DNA of 64,000 nt, taken from contig CAJFCJ010000019.1 of the NCBI GenBank assembly GCA_904063045.1, forward strand, positions 3,354,684 through 3,418,683, written 5' to 3'. Numbering within the stretch: the stretch's first letter is position 1; each line of letters starts with the position of its first letter. Below the pieces are notes generated by a model that searched no databases, was not told the DNA's origin, and saw nothing but the letters and a program-made list of their open reading frames with translations. Origin of the DNA: Dimorphilus gyrociliatus (Eukaryota > Animalia > Annelida). Shown here piece by piece: positions 47,488-64,000 of this stretch. The translations under genes and the position numbers were made by a program.

Positions 47488-50400
47488 TCAACTACTTCTT
47501 ATAGATGAGATCTGAATATTTACGTCATCTTTAATAGATTTGTAATCCATTCTCAACTGAATAAAACTCATAATCGTATTTCTGTCCAAGTAATCCTGCA
47601 AACAACTTACTGATTAATATTAAGATCAGAGTGGAATTAATTATGGCTTACCAGTTCTAAGTTATCCTCAATCATGTCTTTAAAATGGAAAACTGGACAG
47701 AATAATAAATTGCAGAGGTGATACAGAGTAAGAAAGAGTTGATTAACAATAGAACTGTTGAACTTTTTAGAAGTTTCACTATACGATCTAACATCGCAAA
47801 GAAGCACCATAGAGCCCGTATTATCATATTGAAATTTCAATATGTGATCGTAAACAGTACTATGAAATTTTATTCCTAGCTCTTGGAGAGTTGCATAAAG
47901 ATTTTCACCGTCTAAGCATCTATTTATATCAGATATTTCTTTTTCCAAATAAGTTATCACTTTCTGACAAATCTGTAAAATATGGTTACAAACTTAATTG
48001 ATCCGAATTGAATATTTGATTAAATATTATTTACCGAAGTTGAAATAACGCTTGCGCCTAAATCGGCTCTAAAGTCTGTTTTCTTTTGCTCTAACAACAA
48101 ATTTTTTATCCAACCACAGATAGCATTTAAAGATTTTCTTATTCCACCCTCTAATTTTTTTTCAATAATTGATTTTATCTCTTTTCTTCTCCTGTCGCAT
48201 TCCTCATACGCTTTAAGATCATTTCGGACAACAGGTCCGACAGTCTCAGTGAAAAACTTTTCAAATAAGGTAAACATAGCATTTGTTTGGCTGACTATCA
48301 TAAAGAAATAAACTTGAGGTTGGACTTTTTGTTCACTTAGAGGAACAGTTTGAACGCCAAGGTCAACTGCATAAGCAATGTGTTCAACACAAAGCTGTTC
48401 AAGGAGAACATTAAAGAGTTTTGATACATGAAGAGCAACTTGATATGTAGATCCAGTTAGCTGAAATTCATAGATAATTACAATTACCTCTGATAAAAGT
48501 AATATTAGAAATAAAAACCAACAGTTTGGCATCGGGTGATGGCACTTTTCGTCTCTTGAATTAAACTCGCAGAAACGGTATCATCGAGAAATGTTTCTCC
48601 TCCATAATTTTCAAGTTTAAGACCGAAATCTAAGTTAGCTTTTGTACCAATCATTTCTTGAATATCACGGCGAAACTCAGATAAACTAATTTACAATTAA
48701 GTTATTTTTTCATTAGAACTATATACTGTACTAGTTTGAAGGTATAAATCTAAGATAGAACTTACCCTCCCGATGTAATAACCTTCTTTTGATGTCTTTT
48801 TTCTTCGTAAAATTTTCTATTAATATGAATGCATTTTTCTTTTAAATTTTCGATTTCTCTCCTATTCAAGAAAGAAGAGGATATAAATTTTGTTTATAAT
48901 TTATAAAATAACCTATAAAATAAGTAAATTATGTAAATATCTTACTCGGCGTAATCCCTTAAACTCAACGAAAATATTTTATTCGTTAATCGTACAAGGA
49001 GATTCGGATCGTTTGTTGGATTATAAATTGATAATTTTGCATTTAATGCTATAGTACTGTAAAATGAATTATTAATTAATTAATAATCAAAAATCGTTCT
49101 ATTATCTTACTTTGTATAAAATACTTTCAATTCTTCGAGATAGGCCATTGTTCCTTCTTTCTTACTATATTCTAATCTCTCATGAATATATGACTATTAG
49201 GAAAATATAAAAATTAGCATATAATTCCCATTCTAAGATAAAAGATTAAATAAATTACGTGTAATTTGTGTTCGTATAACTTTGCCAGAAATTTTGTCAT
49301 AACTGTATCGGAATTGGGAAATATAACATCAATCGCTTGTTCTTTCGTCCTTTCGCATAGTCTGGGTATTTGGTCGTAAATTCCAATACCCATTGGAATC
49401 TTTATAATTATACATTAATTAATATATTAATATATATCTATATATGTATGATAATATTAAAAATATAAGATTTTTACATTTAACATATGCGATATGAAGT
49501 TGTCGACGCATACTTGATAGTTCTGAAACAATTGGCGACAAATAAACAAATTGTTAGAATATTTAATAAACACTTTAAAGGGAAAATTTACCTTAAAATT
49601 ATATAGAACCTCTGCAACTTGACTCATTTCTTTAATTTTTCCGTTTACTTGATTATTTCTAAATCTTGCTAATAGGAATTTTTCCATTTCTTCGTATTTA
49701 TCTGTAAAAATAAGAGGAAAAACTTTCGGTAAATTCTCTCTAAATAACTAATTTTAAAACAAACCGTCTATTCTAGTTTTTGCATCTCTAAATCTGGAAA
49801 GATAAGCAACTAGGCAAAGTTTTTTTAAAGTGATATGAATGCTAACTTTTTTTCATTGGGTAATTCACTAGCTACCGAACTTAACTTTTGAATTATTTGA
49901 GCCTTTGAAATCCAATCTAAAGAGTCCGATGTAATCTATTTAATTATTAAAAGCTCAATTAAAAATAAACAGAACAAAAATGATTTAAAGTAGTACCTGG
50001 AAATTACTTTGTAACCCAATTAGAAAATCTCGAAAGTGTGTCATAGTATTCTTTGCTTCTACAACTCTTGTTCTAGGAGTATTTATACTTTCAAGCTGAT
50101 CACCAACGTGAACAACTTTTGTTGCTACAAACGAAATTTTGTCATCAAGCTTAGCTAACATATCAAACGATAGTTCATTAGCCTTTTGAAGCGCTAAAAT
50201 ACGATTGTGATGCTGTTTCTCCTCTTCTTTATAATCCTGCTCTAAAGATTCTATTTCTCTAGATACCTGTGTTAGAAAAATAAGTGTAAGACATCCCATT
50301 TCAAATGTAATTAGGTCCATTAAATTCCTCTTTTTTTTCTTAACTCACCACTTTATTTTTATCATTTAAATCTTTAATCATCTTTCGAAAGATCGAATGC

Positions 50401-50626
50401 AACTTCATGGGGTTGAATTTAGTCTTTTCCTCACTATCGACTGCAGCTCCTCCGACAGCCTTCCAGGCTAGACGTTCAACAAAATCATGAGCGTTGAATT
50501 CTGTCTGTTAAAAATGTGAGTCATTATCGCTCTTTGTATAATAAAAACTCTTGGAGAGAAACAGGAGTATTATATTTAAAAAGAGAATTTAAAATGCATT
50601 ACTTGATCAACTTCCTGTATCGACAT
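47488..50626 (-). CDS. EXOC5: Exocyst complex component 5 (Sec10), multi-exon
   Basis: FNAHDFVERLAWKA, LDDKISFVATKVVHVGDQLESINTPRTRVVEA, LLLEQKKTDFR, LDGENLYATLQELGIKFH...GSMVLLCDVRSY, FIQLRMDYKS. Confidence 0.96.
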
Positions 50627-51084
50627 GATCTTTTTATGGCTTTGTTGATCTTAAATTTTTTTTCTTAATTTCTCATCCAGTAGTAGGTGTATTTATTACG
50701 GAAGTGTGCTTTGGACATTAAGAAATCAAGTTCGGAATTGTATTTGATATAAAAAACTGTAACTTTTTCAATAGTTAGAAGCGTTTCTGCTTCTGATATT
50801 ATTGCATATTCTTTATCATTGGATCTTAAATACAAATATATATTTAAAGTTGGAATTTCAATAGCGATTTTGCTTAAGTAAGTTATCTGAGTGATAATAC
50901 GTGTAATTATCTTGAAGAAACAACTTTGAAACGTAACAGTTAAATTTTAAGAAAGTACTTTTTAGTTGATTTAATATTAATTCAGTGGTTTATAAAATAT
51001 TTCATTGGTAATGTAGGGGAGAAAAGTCGGAAAATGTTTTAAAGTTAATCACTTGACCGGAGTACTTTATTTTTTAGATTAAAA

Positions 51085-53302
<2,218 letters not shown>

Positions 53303-53423
53303 TTATTTGGCCTTTTAATGACAGATTCGTTTTTATTTCATTTTAAAACAGTCTGCAATGAACAATTGCGGTAAATGTACATGTCTTGTCAAAAATTCAG
53401 TTGTTTAAACATGAAATATTACA

Positions 53424-53886
53424 TCATTTTTCGCTAATATCAATTAAACCTTCGGACTTTAATTTTGTTATATCTTCACCTTTCTCTTTCATTAAATCTT
53501 CTATGTTTCTGTTTGTATTTTAATAGTATGAAATCAAATTCGCCAATTTTAACAATTACTTACATTTTTTTGTCTCTAAACCATCCTAAATTATCAGCAA
53601 TTAAGTGATTGTTATTACAACCTGGACATTTTATTATGACAACACCTTTTTCGTAAGATATTTTTGAGAAAGTCCTTGTTGTTCTTTGTTCACAAACTTT
53701 ACAAGTGAAAGTAATTGCCATTTGAGGAGATATTTTTCCAACTTTTGTGCTACAATATCGTTGAAAATCTCTGCGATGAATGGTGTTTGAAGGGTGTTTT
53801 AGTGTACTTAGTGGAACTTTAAGTCCATTTCGTAAAATAGGATTTATTTTTGTTGTTATCGCTAGCCTGAATCCTATCCTCCACAT
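53424..53886 (-). CDS. DNLZ: DNL-type zinc finger protein (Zim17/Hep1), 2 exons
   Basis: Presequence-like start, ITFTCKVCEQRTTRTFSKISYEKGVVIIKCPGCNNNHLIADNLGWF, then second exon NIEDLMKEKGE. Confidence 0.97.
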
Positions 53887-54323
53887 GGTGCGAAATAAAA
53901 GTATTCAATGAAATCAACTTTCAATCTTCTCTTTAACATGTTCGCTCTAAACCGGGAGCAGGGAACCAGATAGTAGATAAAATTTGGCCTATATTAAAGT
54001 TCCATCTTAAAAGTTACTCTACCTTTTAATAGTTTTTTTCTATTACAATTTCCCAAAATTAGGAAGAAGAGAACTACCGAAAAATAAAGAAATAGCTTGA
54101 CAATAGGATTTATCTTGAAGAATCTTTGTTAGTTTATTTTTTAAAGAAAACAATATTGTAAGACATGACAAAAGAAAAAATACTATAAAAAAAGCGACAA
54201 TTGTAGTTAGTTTCTACTTTTTGACAATTAAATGTGACATATCGTACTGTAGGACAATGCAAAAAAAAAAGAACAGTAATGTCAAAAAGGACAATGAATA
54301 AAGAATAGAGAACTTATCGTATT

Positions 54324-54343
54324 TAGAGAGAGAGAGAGAGAGA
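54324..54343. repeat. (GA)n microsatellite
   Basis: About 10 GA units. Confidence 0.9.
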
Positions 54344-54954
54344 AAGGGAGGGAAAGAATGAATACAATTGCAAATACTTTTTGTTTCTTTAAATGAACAA
54401 ATGAATTAAATATTTTGTTTTTGTTTACATTTCATAAGAAATAATTCAAAGAAATTTTCGTTGATCGTGGTCTGTTTCTTTCTGTTAAAAAAAATAAAAA
54501 AAGAAATATATATAAACAATTATTATAGGATTACTTTTCATACAAATCTTGAATCGTTCAATATTTGAAGTACTGAATAAGACATTTTATGAAATACACT
54601 AATTAAATATGCTCAGGCAGAAAAATCTCATGACTCTTAATTGTTTATTATTTAACCAAAAAGGAGTAAGATTTTTATTAAGGGTTATTGTTGAACTGTA
54701 CATTTAAACGTAACAAAACCTGAGGTAATAGGTTTCTTTTTTAAATACATAGCTCTCTTCTATATCTTTTGATACCATTGAAATTTTGAATAAAAATTCA
54801 AATCTTTTACTTTTTTGAACTGATAAGATTGATACGATAAAAGAGAGGAAGAAAATTGGATAGATAGTATATGAGATACAAGATAGGGAAAAAAACAAAT
54901 TAGTCATATTTCTCTTTGAGAAAATGATAAAAAGTAGATTTTTTCATTAGTTAT

Positions 54955-57270
<2,316 letters not shown>

Positions 57271-57750
57271 CGGTCTGCACCCTAAATATGCTAATAAATC
57301 ACCGTACAGATTTTTTAGTGGACGAAATAAGCGCACGTTTACGATAAATGTTTGCATAAGGCCCACCGCCATAAAATGTATGTTTAGTTAAAGATCGAAC
57401 GGCAAAGTACTGTGGTATGCCCAACTTTTTTTTGTTAGGCATTAGACAGCTACTGATCCTATTATGTGACAACGTCAAAACAAATTGACAGACTCTCATT
57501 CCATGAATGGTACATCTATTACCTAATATATATGTCTTCACTTTCATTGAATCAACTTAGCGTTAAAGAATAAATGACAGTCAATTAAAAATTAGAATAT
57601 AATAATATAACAATTTTCAAACTAGGAATAGTTTTTTATCGATAGGTTGATATGGTAATTTCAATTGGTTGAATAGCGCTAGCTATTCAACAAACGGAAG
57701 AAAAACTAAACGCTGGCGTCACTTTCATTCGTTTACTGACTTCTGTGATA

Positions 57751-58648
57751 ATGTCATTGCTTATATTGCAGTTGAGTGCAGTGTTTTTTTTATCGGCAAC
57801 AGGTTTTTATTAAATTCATTCTATTAGAAATATAAATTTTACTTTCTTTTTCTTATTTATTGAAATTTTATATCGTTTTCGTATCTTTTCGACACTTTTG
57901 AGTTCAACTTGTTATTTACTTTAATTCTTAAACAATTTGACATACACTTACCTCACGAATTCTTTTACTTTTAACTCTATCTTTTGAATAACTCATCTAT
58001 TTACTTAATTCTCCAAAAAAAAAGTAGACCAAAGTCGAAGAAATTTCCAATAAATGAAAATGCGTTATAGATTTAAATTTATATTAATATATACAAAAAG
58101 ATCATGGAAATTGTTTCAAGTAGAAAGCACTTAATATTTTAATTTAAAAGAAAGAATAAAAAGCCTCTTAATTGATTTTTTAAGAGGGTAGAAAAAGTAA
58201 ATAATAGAAATTTATAGCTAATAACATGAACAATCACTCCGATTGACTTTGAAGAGTGTTCACAGCGTTACAAGTGTATCAGAAATCGACGTACAATGGA
58301 AATAGCGGCGAATTAGCTCTTGACGACGATCCCATATCGTGCGCCGAAACGGGATACGATTTGGGTGCGTGGTGGAAACTTGACTTGGGAGAAGTACGTA
58401 CAATAAAAGGTGTAAAGATTTTTGGCACTGCGGCTTCATTTCAAGTTAGAGTTGGAAATAAGACTGAATTATTGACTCACCAAGGAGGTTTTGAAAGAAA
58501 TCCACTTTGTTTCTTTCACAACGGTATACGAAGAGAAAGTATAAATGTTCGATGTGACAGAGAAAGAATTGGACAAATCTTAAGTGTACACGTTGTCGAT
58601 CCACTTAAGATTTCTAAACTTCAACTCTGTGATCTAGAGTATTATTAA
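57751..58648 (+). CDS. Secreted single-domain F-type lectin (fucolectin/FTP)-like protein (exons 57751-57802, 58266-58648)
   Basis: Signal peptide MSLLILQLSAVFFLSATA splices in phase 1 to LQVYQKSTY...LALDDD..SCAET...AWWKLDLGEVRTIKGVKI...FQVRVGN...NPLC...VRC...LQLCDLEYY, an FTP fold pattern. Confidence 0.78.
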
Positions 58649-58777
58649 TTTACTGTTTTTTTCTTTTCTTCGAATAAAACAGAACGCGTACAAGTATTTA
58701 ACTCTTTTAAATATTTACCCATGTCAATGAAGTAGACATGCAGTTGTACAAAGACCTACTTTCCAGTTCAAGTAACC

Positions 58778-61700
58778 CTTAATAATTATTTAAGGCCTGA
58801 GGTTGTTGACTTAAAAACAAAATCAATAATCTACGCATATAAAACACCTTACCTCTGACATAATAAGAGGGACACATATGCCGGATGGGGCGTTTTAACC
58901 GGCAACTCTATAAGCGATTTACTCCAAGTTTGTGAAGCAATAGTATCTCTGACATCAAATATAGACTCAGGTAGAGTTACTGGAACACACTCGGAAATGA
59001 CATCATCTACGAGGTAATTAAAAGAAACACTATTTTGAACATGTCTATAAACGTTTTTCACCTACGTCTTTGACTATATAGATGACCAATAGTCTGCATA
59101 TCTTCCTTCCAATCACCGCTTTCAAGCATATTTACATACCGAGCAACGTTAAGTTCCTGAACCTAATATATTTTTTGTTTTAAAAGAAATTAGCCAATAA
59201 ATTCAACAAAACAAACAATAAATCATACTTCTAATTGAAAAAATTCATCGCTTTTTTCCAATGGTATTGATATTTCAGAGCCAAACACTGTTTTTAAAAT
59301 TCCCATTGTCAATCCTATAAAATGAAAATAAGACTTTAAATTACATTAAAATTCTACATTAATTATCTATTAAAATATATAATTTTACCTGGCCAATCAT
59401 TCTGAATAAGAGACCATTTCTTCCAATAAGAATCAATTTCTTCAGATGTATTCAGTAATTTATAAATTCGAGATTCTACAAATTGTTCAATCAAACGACT
59501 AGATGCATCAACTGCAATCTTTAAAACATTTAAAAAAACTTTACAGATATAGAAATAGGTATATTTTATTTTAATTTATACCGTTAATTCTTTTACTGGT
59601 AATCTGATATTCATTGATGAATTCATAACAGAAAGCTTTGATTGTTGCCTTGAAAAGAAAACATGTATTTTTTTAAAAAGATGCAAAGAAAGCAAATCTA
59701 TTGATACAAACTCCCTATAAATTGAATCCAATTTTGAATGTAAATCTCTGTTTTCTTTCCTTATGAAACTGTATACCCCATTTGGTGATTCTTTTATTGA
59801 GCAATCGAAAGGAGCCAACAAATCTCCAAAATAATTCCTTGTAAACAAAATTCTATTAATGCAGCATCAATGGAATAAGGATAAAACACCATTACCTGTA
59901 AGCTTGTAAAGGTATATCGATTACTTTTCGAACATTATCTCTCCAAATGTTTAATTCAACTTTTTCAAGAAATGATTCAACTCCCATTAATACTTGTTCA
60001 GGTTTAATCTGAAAGATTAAGATGTTATTACTATTCAGTATTATTCAAATGAACTATATCATTTGTTTTAGTAACCTGATAAAAGAAATTGGACACGAGA
60101 CCTGGTCCAGATATTCTTTTAGCTATCCACGAATTAGATGATGGAATTCTTCCTCTCCATTTGATCATTAGATAAAATAAAGAAGCATCCCAGACAGTCC
60201 TTATACAAAATTGGAAGCTATACCCTATTTGATTTGAAATTTATATTGATTGAAAAGTATTAGTTCATAGTTTTAAATACTTACATAGAATAATACACAG
60301 CGATGCAAAGGGAAAGAAAACTGTGACACTAAGTATTATCAATAGTATTTGGCAAATTCCTCTTAGAAGTAATCTCCAGATAATTATGTTAAGGAAAAAG
60401 TATGATAACTTCTTGTAAAATGCTACGTGTCTATCTGAAAGTATTCACAATTTATTAAATTTCTCGCTGGAGATTTATACGAAATTTACTTGGATGATCG
60501 ATATCGTATATAGCTACACAAAAAAAATGCCATAATACTGTTAAAACCGGAACCCAGAGAGGAACAAAAATTGCCAGAATCAAACTCCCTAGAGTTGATA
60601 AAATACAAATAAGAGGGACTGTTAAAAACAGGAGAAAAGTGCCAAGAGCCCCTTTAATTCCGTAATTCCAAATTCTGTTAAAAGGTCTTTGAACATTCTT
60701 TTCAATAAACGCTACAAAAAAGAAAAAACAAGTAATTTTATATAAATAATATATAAATTCACTATTGTAAACCTGTATCATCTTGAAGTTCAAAATTTTC
60801 AACAGATCGGAAAACGTGACGCCACAATTTGAACATTCTAGACATTAGTGTTTGCGTCGGTGAAGAATCTCTTTTAAGAGTTCCCTAAAATTTATTACTA
60901 TTAGTTTAAGCAAATTAAAAACATAACACATTAATAAATACAGTTTCTCCATTCAATACCCATTTTGGGTAGAATTTCTTCCATAAAACTAAAGCTGTAA
61001 TACTAACGGGACTAAAAAATGGTATGGCGATCTAAAATCAAAATGATTGCATTATGTTTTTTAAAAAAAAAATTGAACAAAAGGGATAAAAACTTACACC
61101 AAAATAGAAAAAACAATTGGACATGTGTATACATATTCTAGCCAATATTAACCATAATCTCCAAAACGGATATTTAGTATGAATCTTGCAATTTTGAGAT
61201 TTTTCCGTTGAAAAATATTCATATGACTTTTTCTATTTCGATTAAAGTAAATTAAGTTCAGAGAATTTTACTACGAAACTAACCTTTGGATGTGATGAAT
61301 TCTTAGTTGGTTTCATTGTTATGGGACTCGCTTCAATAATTGTTTCTACGACCTCTCTTTGTTCACTTTCCTGGTTGTACTTATAGACAATATAATTCTG
61401 AGGGTTCCATATTTTCTTGTTAATATAAAATGTTCTCTCAGGTTCCCATGGTTGACTTTTTGTAAATTCTTGACTAATTATCTCTTTTCTCTAAAAAATA
61501 TGGAGTAATTTATATAGTCTTCTTATCTACAGAACAGCAAATCTTACCGTTTTCTTGAAGATATAATCTCTTTGTAGGAAATATGCACTTTGATTTAGAT
61601 TATTTCTCTTCAATTCAGTCACACATTTCTCATAAGTAGGCCATTTGTTTTCCTCATAAAAGTTCTCCTAAATGTAAATCTTGTTAGTTATATGGTAATT

Positions 61701-63784
61701 AATGCAAATTTCAATATAGGTTTACTTTGTGTTTATCTGTCTTTTCCCTTATCCACGAAGAGATTCTAGACTTTATTGGATGTTTTGCAAATAGTTCTTT
61801 CTTGTACTAAAATGTTCAACTGATTAGTTGTTATTACAATGAAACTATTATTACCTGTTTGAGATTTTTATCCAAAGTGTCCGTAATGTTTTGAATGATT
61901 TGCGTAATTATCAAATTAGCTCGTAAATGATCAACCAACAATTTATGTATTTCATAATCGGGACTATTCTCGTCCAATAAGTTATTAATTAACCTTTCGA
62001 CATATTGATCTTGAATACCCTTAAGAACAATTGTTTTAAGCTCTTCTTCCGAATACAAATCTTAGAGAAAGAAAATGGGATATAGTAGTGTAAATACACA
62101 TACATGTACTGTATATAAGTATTGAATGAAAACCTTGATTATCTTCAATTAACTTCTTTCTTAAAGGAATATACCAAGTTCTATCGTTAGCAATAGATTT
62201 TGATATTACGACGATACGCTTTTTAATGGTTTGCCATAGATCTATTAATTCACGATAAATTGCATTTTAAAATGTGATTTTAAAGGTTGTTTTTTTTTAT
62301 TTAATAGACCTATTTCACTAATTGAACGAAGTGTTAGATCGATGTCTATGCTATTATCGGGAGTCGTAAATTTCACGGGATAGACTACGTTGACATTAAT
62401 ATCCTGTTTGAAGAGAGATAACCCTTATATTGTTTGTTTTTAAGTATAAATACAATAATAATATAGATAATGTAATTATAAAAAAACGTAAATAAATGAT
62501 AAGGATGATAAGAAAAATTTTACTTGTTCTGCTACTCTCTTTGACATATTCTCTAGAAATTTCAGCTCTTGCCTTTCAACAAAGGCGCACAAATTTTCAA
62601 ACTTTTCCATTTCTTCGTTCTTAAATGTTAAAGAAAGTGAAAAAAAAATTATTTAAAGTATATTTAAATCACTTTATATTTCAATTCAGCAGATAAAAAT
62701 TTAGTATTCTCTTCCTCAACTTGAGTATGAACACTGTATTTTGGTTGTTTCCATGGTATTCCTACCAGAACGTCTAAAAAAATGGTAAAAAGTTTTTACA
62801 AGTTGATGGATCTTTTTTTATTAAAAATAAACAAGCCTTTTTACCTATCAACCCTAAAAAAGCTTTTGTAAGATTTTTTACGGAATTGTATAAACTGAGT
62901 GATCGACGAGAGAGGAGCATTCTTTTTGCTAAGACTATAAATAAATATAGAGCCTTTGCTAATCCCTTAGTACAAAAAATGCTTATTATATTTTATCCTT
63001 AAATATTTAAGTTATTTTCAACAAACATCATAAAAATCCTCCATAACTAATTGAGTTCCCTTTTGAAGAAACTTTGAAAGTTTCCACTTGTGAAAATATT
63101 GAGGAAAGTTTATACTTTTCACTTTAAATGTTCTATTATAAAAATATGTAAATTAATTGAAATCTGTTTTTATAGCATATTATTAATTTAACCCTTCTCT
63201 TCTAATAGAAGTTAATTGTTCTTCGGAAAGAGGCTTTGCTGAACCTGATTCGTCTACCGCCACTTGCCTTAATTCGTTAAAGTTAGGCATAATAAAAGCA
63301 GTTGTATAAATATCTTCGTATGTCTGGATTAGTGAGGACCGTAACTTAATTATCTTATATTATAGTAGTAATATTTATACGGAAAAAATACAAACATCGG
63401 TAATTGAATCGGGAGGTTTCATGTCAAATGATGACCAATGGAAAAGTTTAGCCTCTGCATCCTATTATAAATGTATTAGATTTTAGTTTGTAAAACTCTC
63501 TTAGTAAACTCAGGCTTACATCTTTAATCTTTCTTGCTATTGAATCCGAGGGTACTGGACCGAATTCCAGGGGTTCTTTCTAAAGAATTAGCGACAATAA
63601 ATATATTTTTTTGACTTTTTTTTTATTTGATTGTTTATTAAAACTTAGAGAATCACATAAAAATAGGAAATAAAATAACCATTGTATTGTTGATAACATC
63701 CAGTAAAATATCTTTGGTTTGAGCCATTTTATGGCTTGAGGCTGTTTTATAAAGATCGTCTGAGTTTGTTGTATTTTCGGCCAT
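58778..63784 (-). CDS. Large uncharacterised multi-pass membrane protein, many short exons (both ends approximate)
   Basis: Chain of in-phase exons including TKYPFWRLWLILAR, TLMSRMFKLWRHV..FELQDDTG, KNVQRPFNRIWNYGIKGALGTFLLFLTVPLICILSTLGSLILAIFVPLWVP and WRLLLRGICQILL. The motifs look like a conserved invertebrate family of unknown function. Confidence 0.7.
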
Positions 63785-63901
63785 TTATAATAAAATTCAA
63801 TGCTGGCAGTTTTTCGGTGTACAGCAAATTAAAATAAATAGTCCGTGGAAAAGTGGTACATCGTCTGCTAAATCAGAGTGGCTCCATCTTCAATATATAT
63901 T

Positions 63902-64000
63902 AGTCATCATGTCTCGGAGTGTGCAATAAAATATCATGCAAATCGTCTTGATCCTTAACTTTTTGCTTGTCAACAATTATTTCATCAACCTTTAAGTCTT
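63902..64000 (-). CDS. Probable 3' end of an upstream gene entering from the right edge
   Basis: Only one open frame, DLKVDEIIVDKQKVKDQDDLHDILLHTPRHDD*, with a coding-like composition. Confidence 0.4.

Noticed and set aside
60388-60395. TCCTTAAC (U12 branch-site consensus) on the minus strand
   Set aside because: It falls inside an open coding exon (YFFLNIIWRLLLRG), and no RTATCCTT donor is present upstream.

Overview
AT-rich eukaryotic DNA from a very compact, gene-dense animal genome. Introns are mostly 40-90 nt, intergenic gaps are a few hundred bp, and many genes form head-to-head pairs. This style resembles a miniaturised lophotrochozoan such as Dimorphilus (inference only). About 24 protein-coding loci were reconstructed by hand splicing: CENP-I, a STAP-like PH-SH2 adaptor, BolA1, a DTHD1-like ZU5-UPA-death domain protein, an orphan coiled-coil protein, TMUB, PMVK, a RanBP2-ZnF/RRM protein, a putative prohormone, an LRRC41-like protein, an intronless prominin, an LDLa membrane protein, NAA10, DNMBP/Tuba, GAD, G6PC, a MIF/DDT-like gene, NOG1/GTPBP4, EXOC5, SARS2, DNLZ, a HUNK-like kinase, an F-type lectin and an uncharacterised membrane protein. 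There are also two intronic ncRNAs: U12 snRNA in SARS2 intron 1 and an H/ACA snoRNA in a NOG1 intron. The most striking observation is a MIF/D-dopachrome-tautomerase-like gene nested antisense in a G6PC intron. Its first exon encodes a mitochondrial-type presequence ending R-T-Y|P, so mitochondrial processing would be needed to expose the catalytic Pro1. No CRISPR arrays or clear mobile elements were seen. Exon boundaries were read by eye and are approximate where stated.
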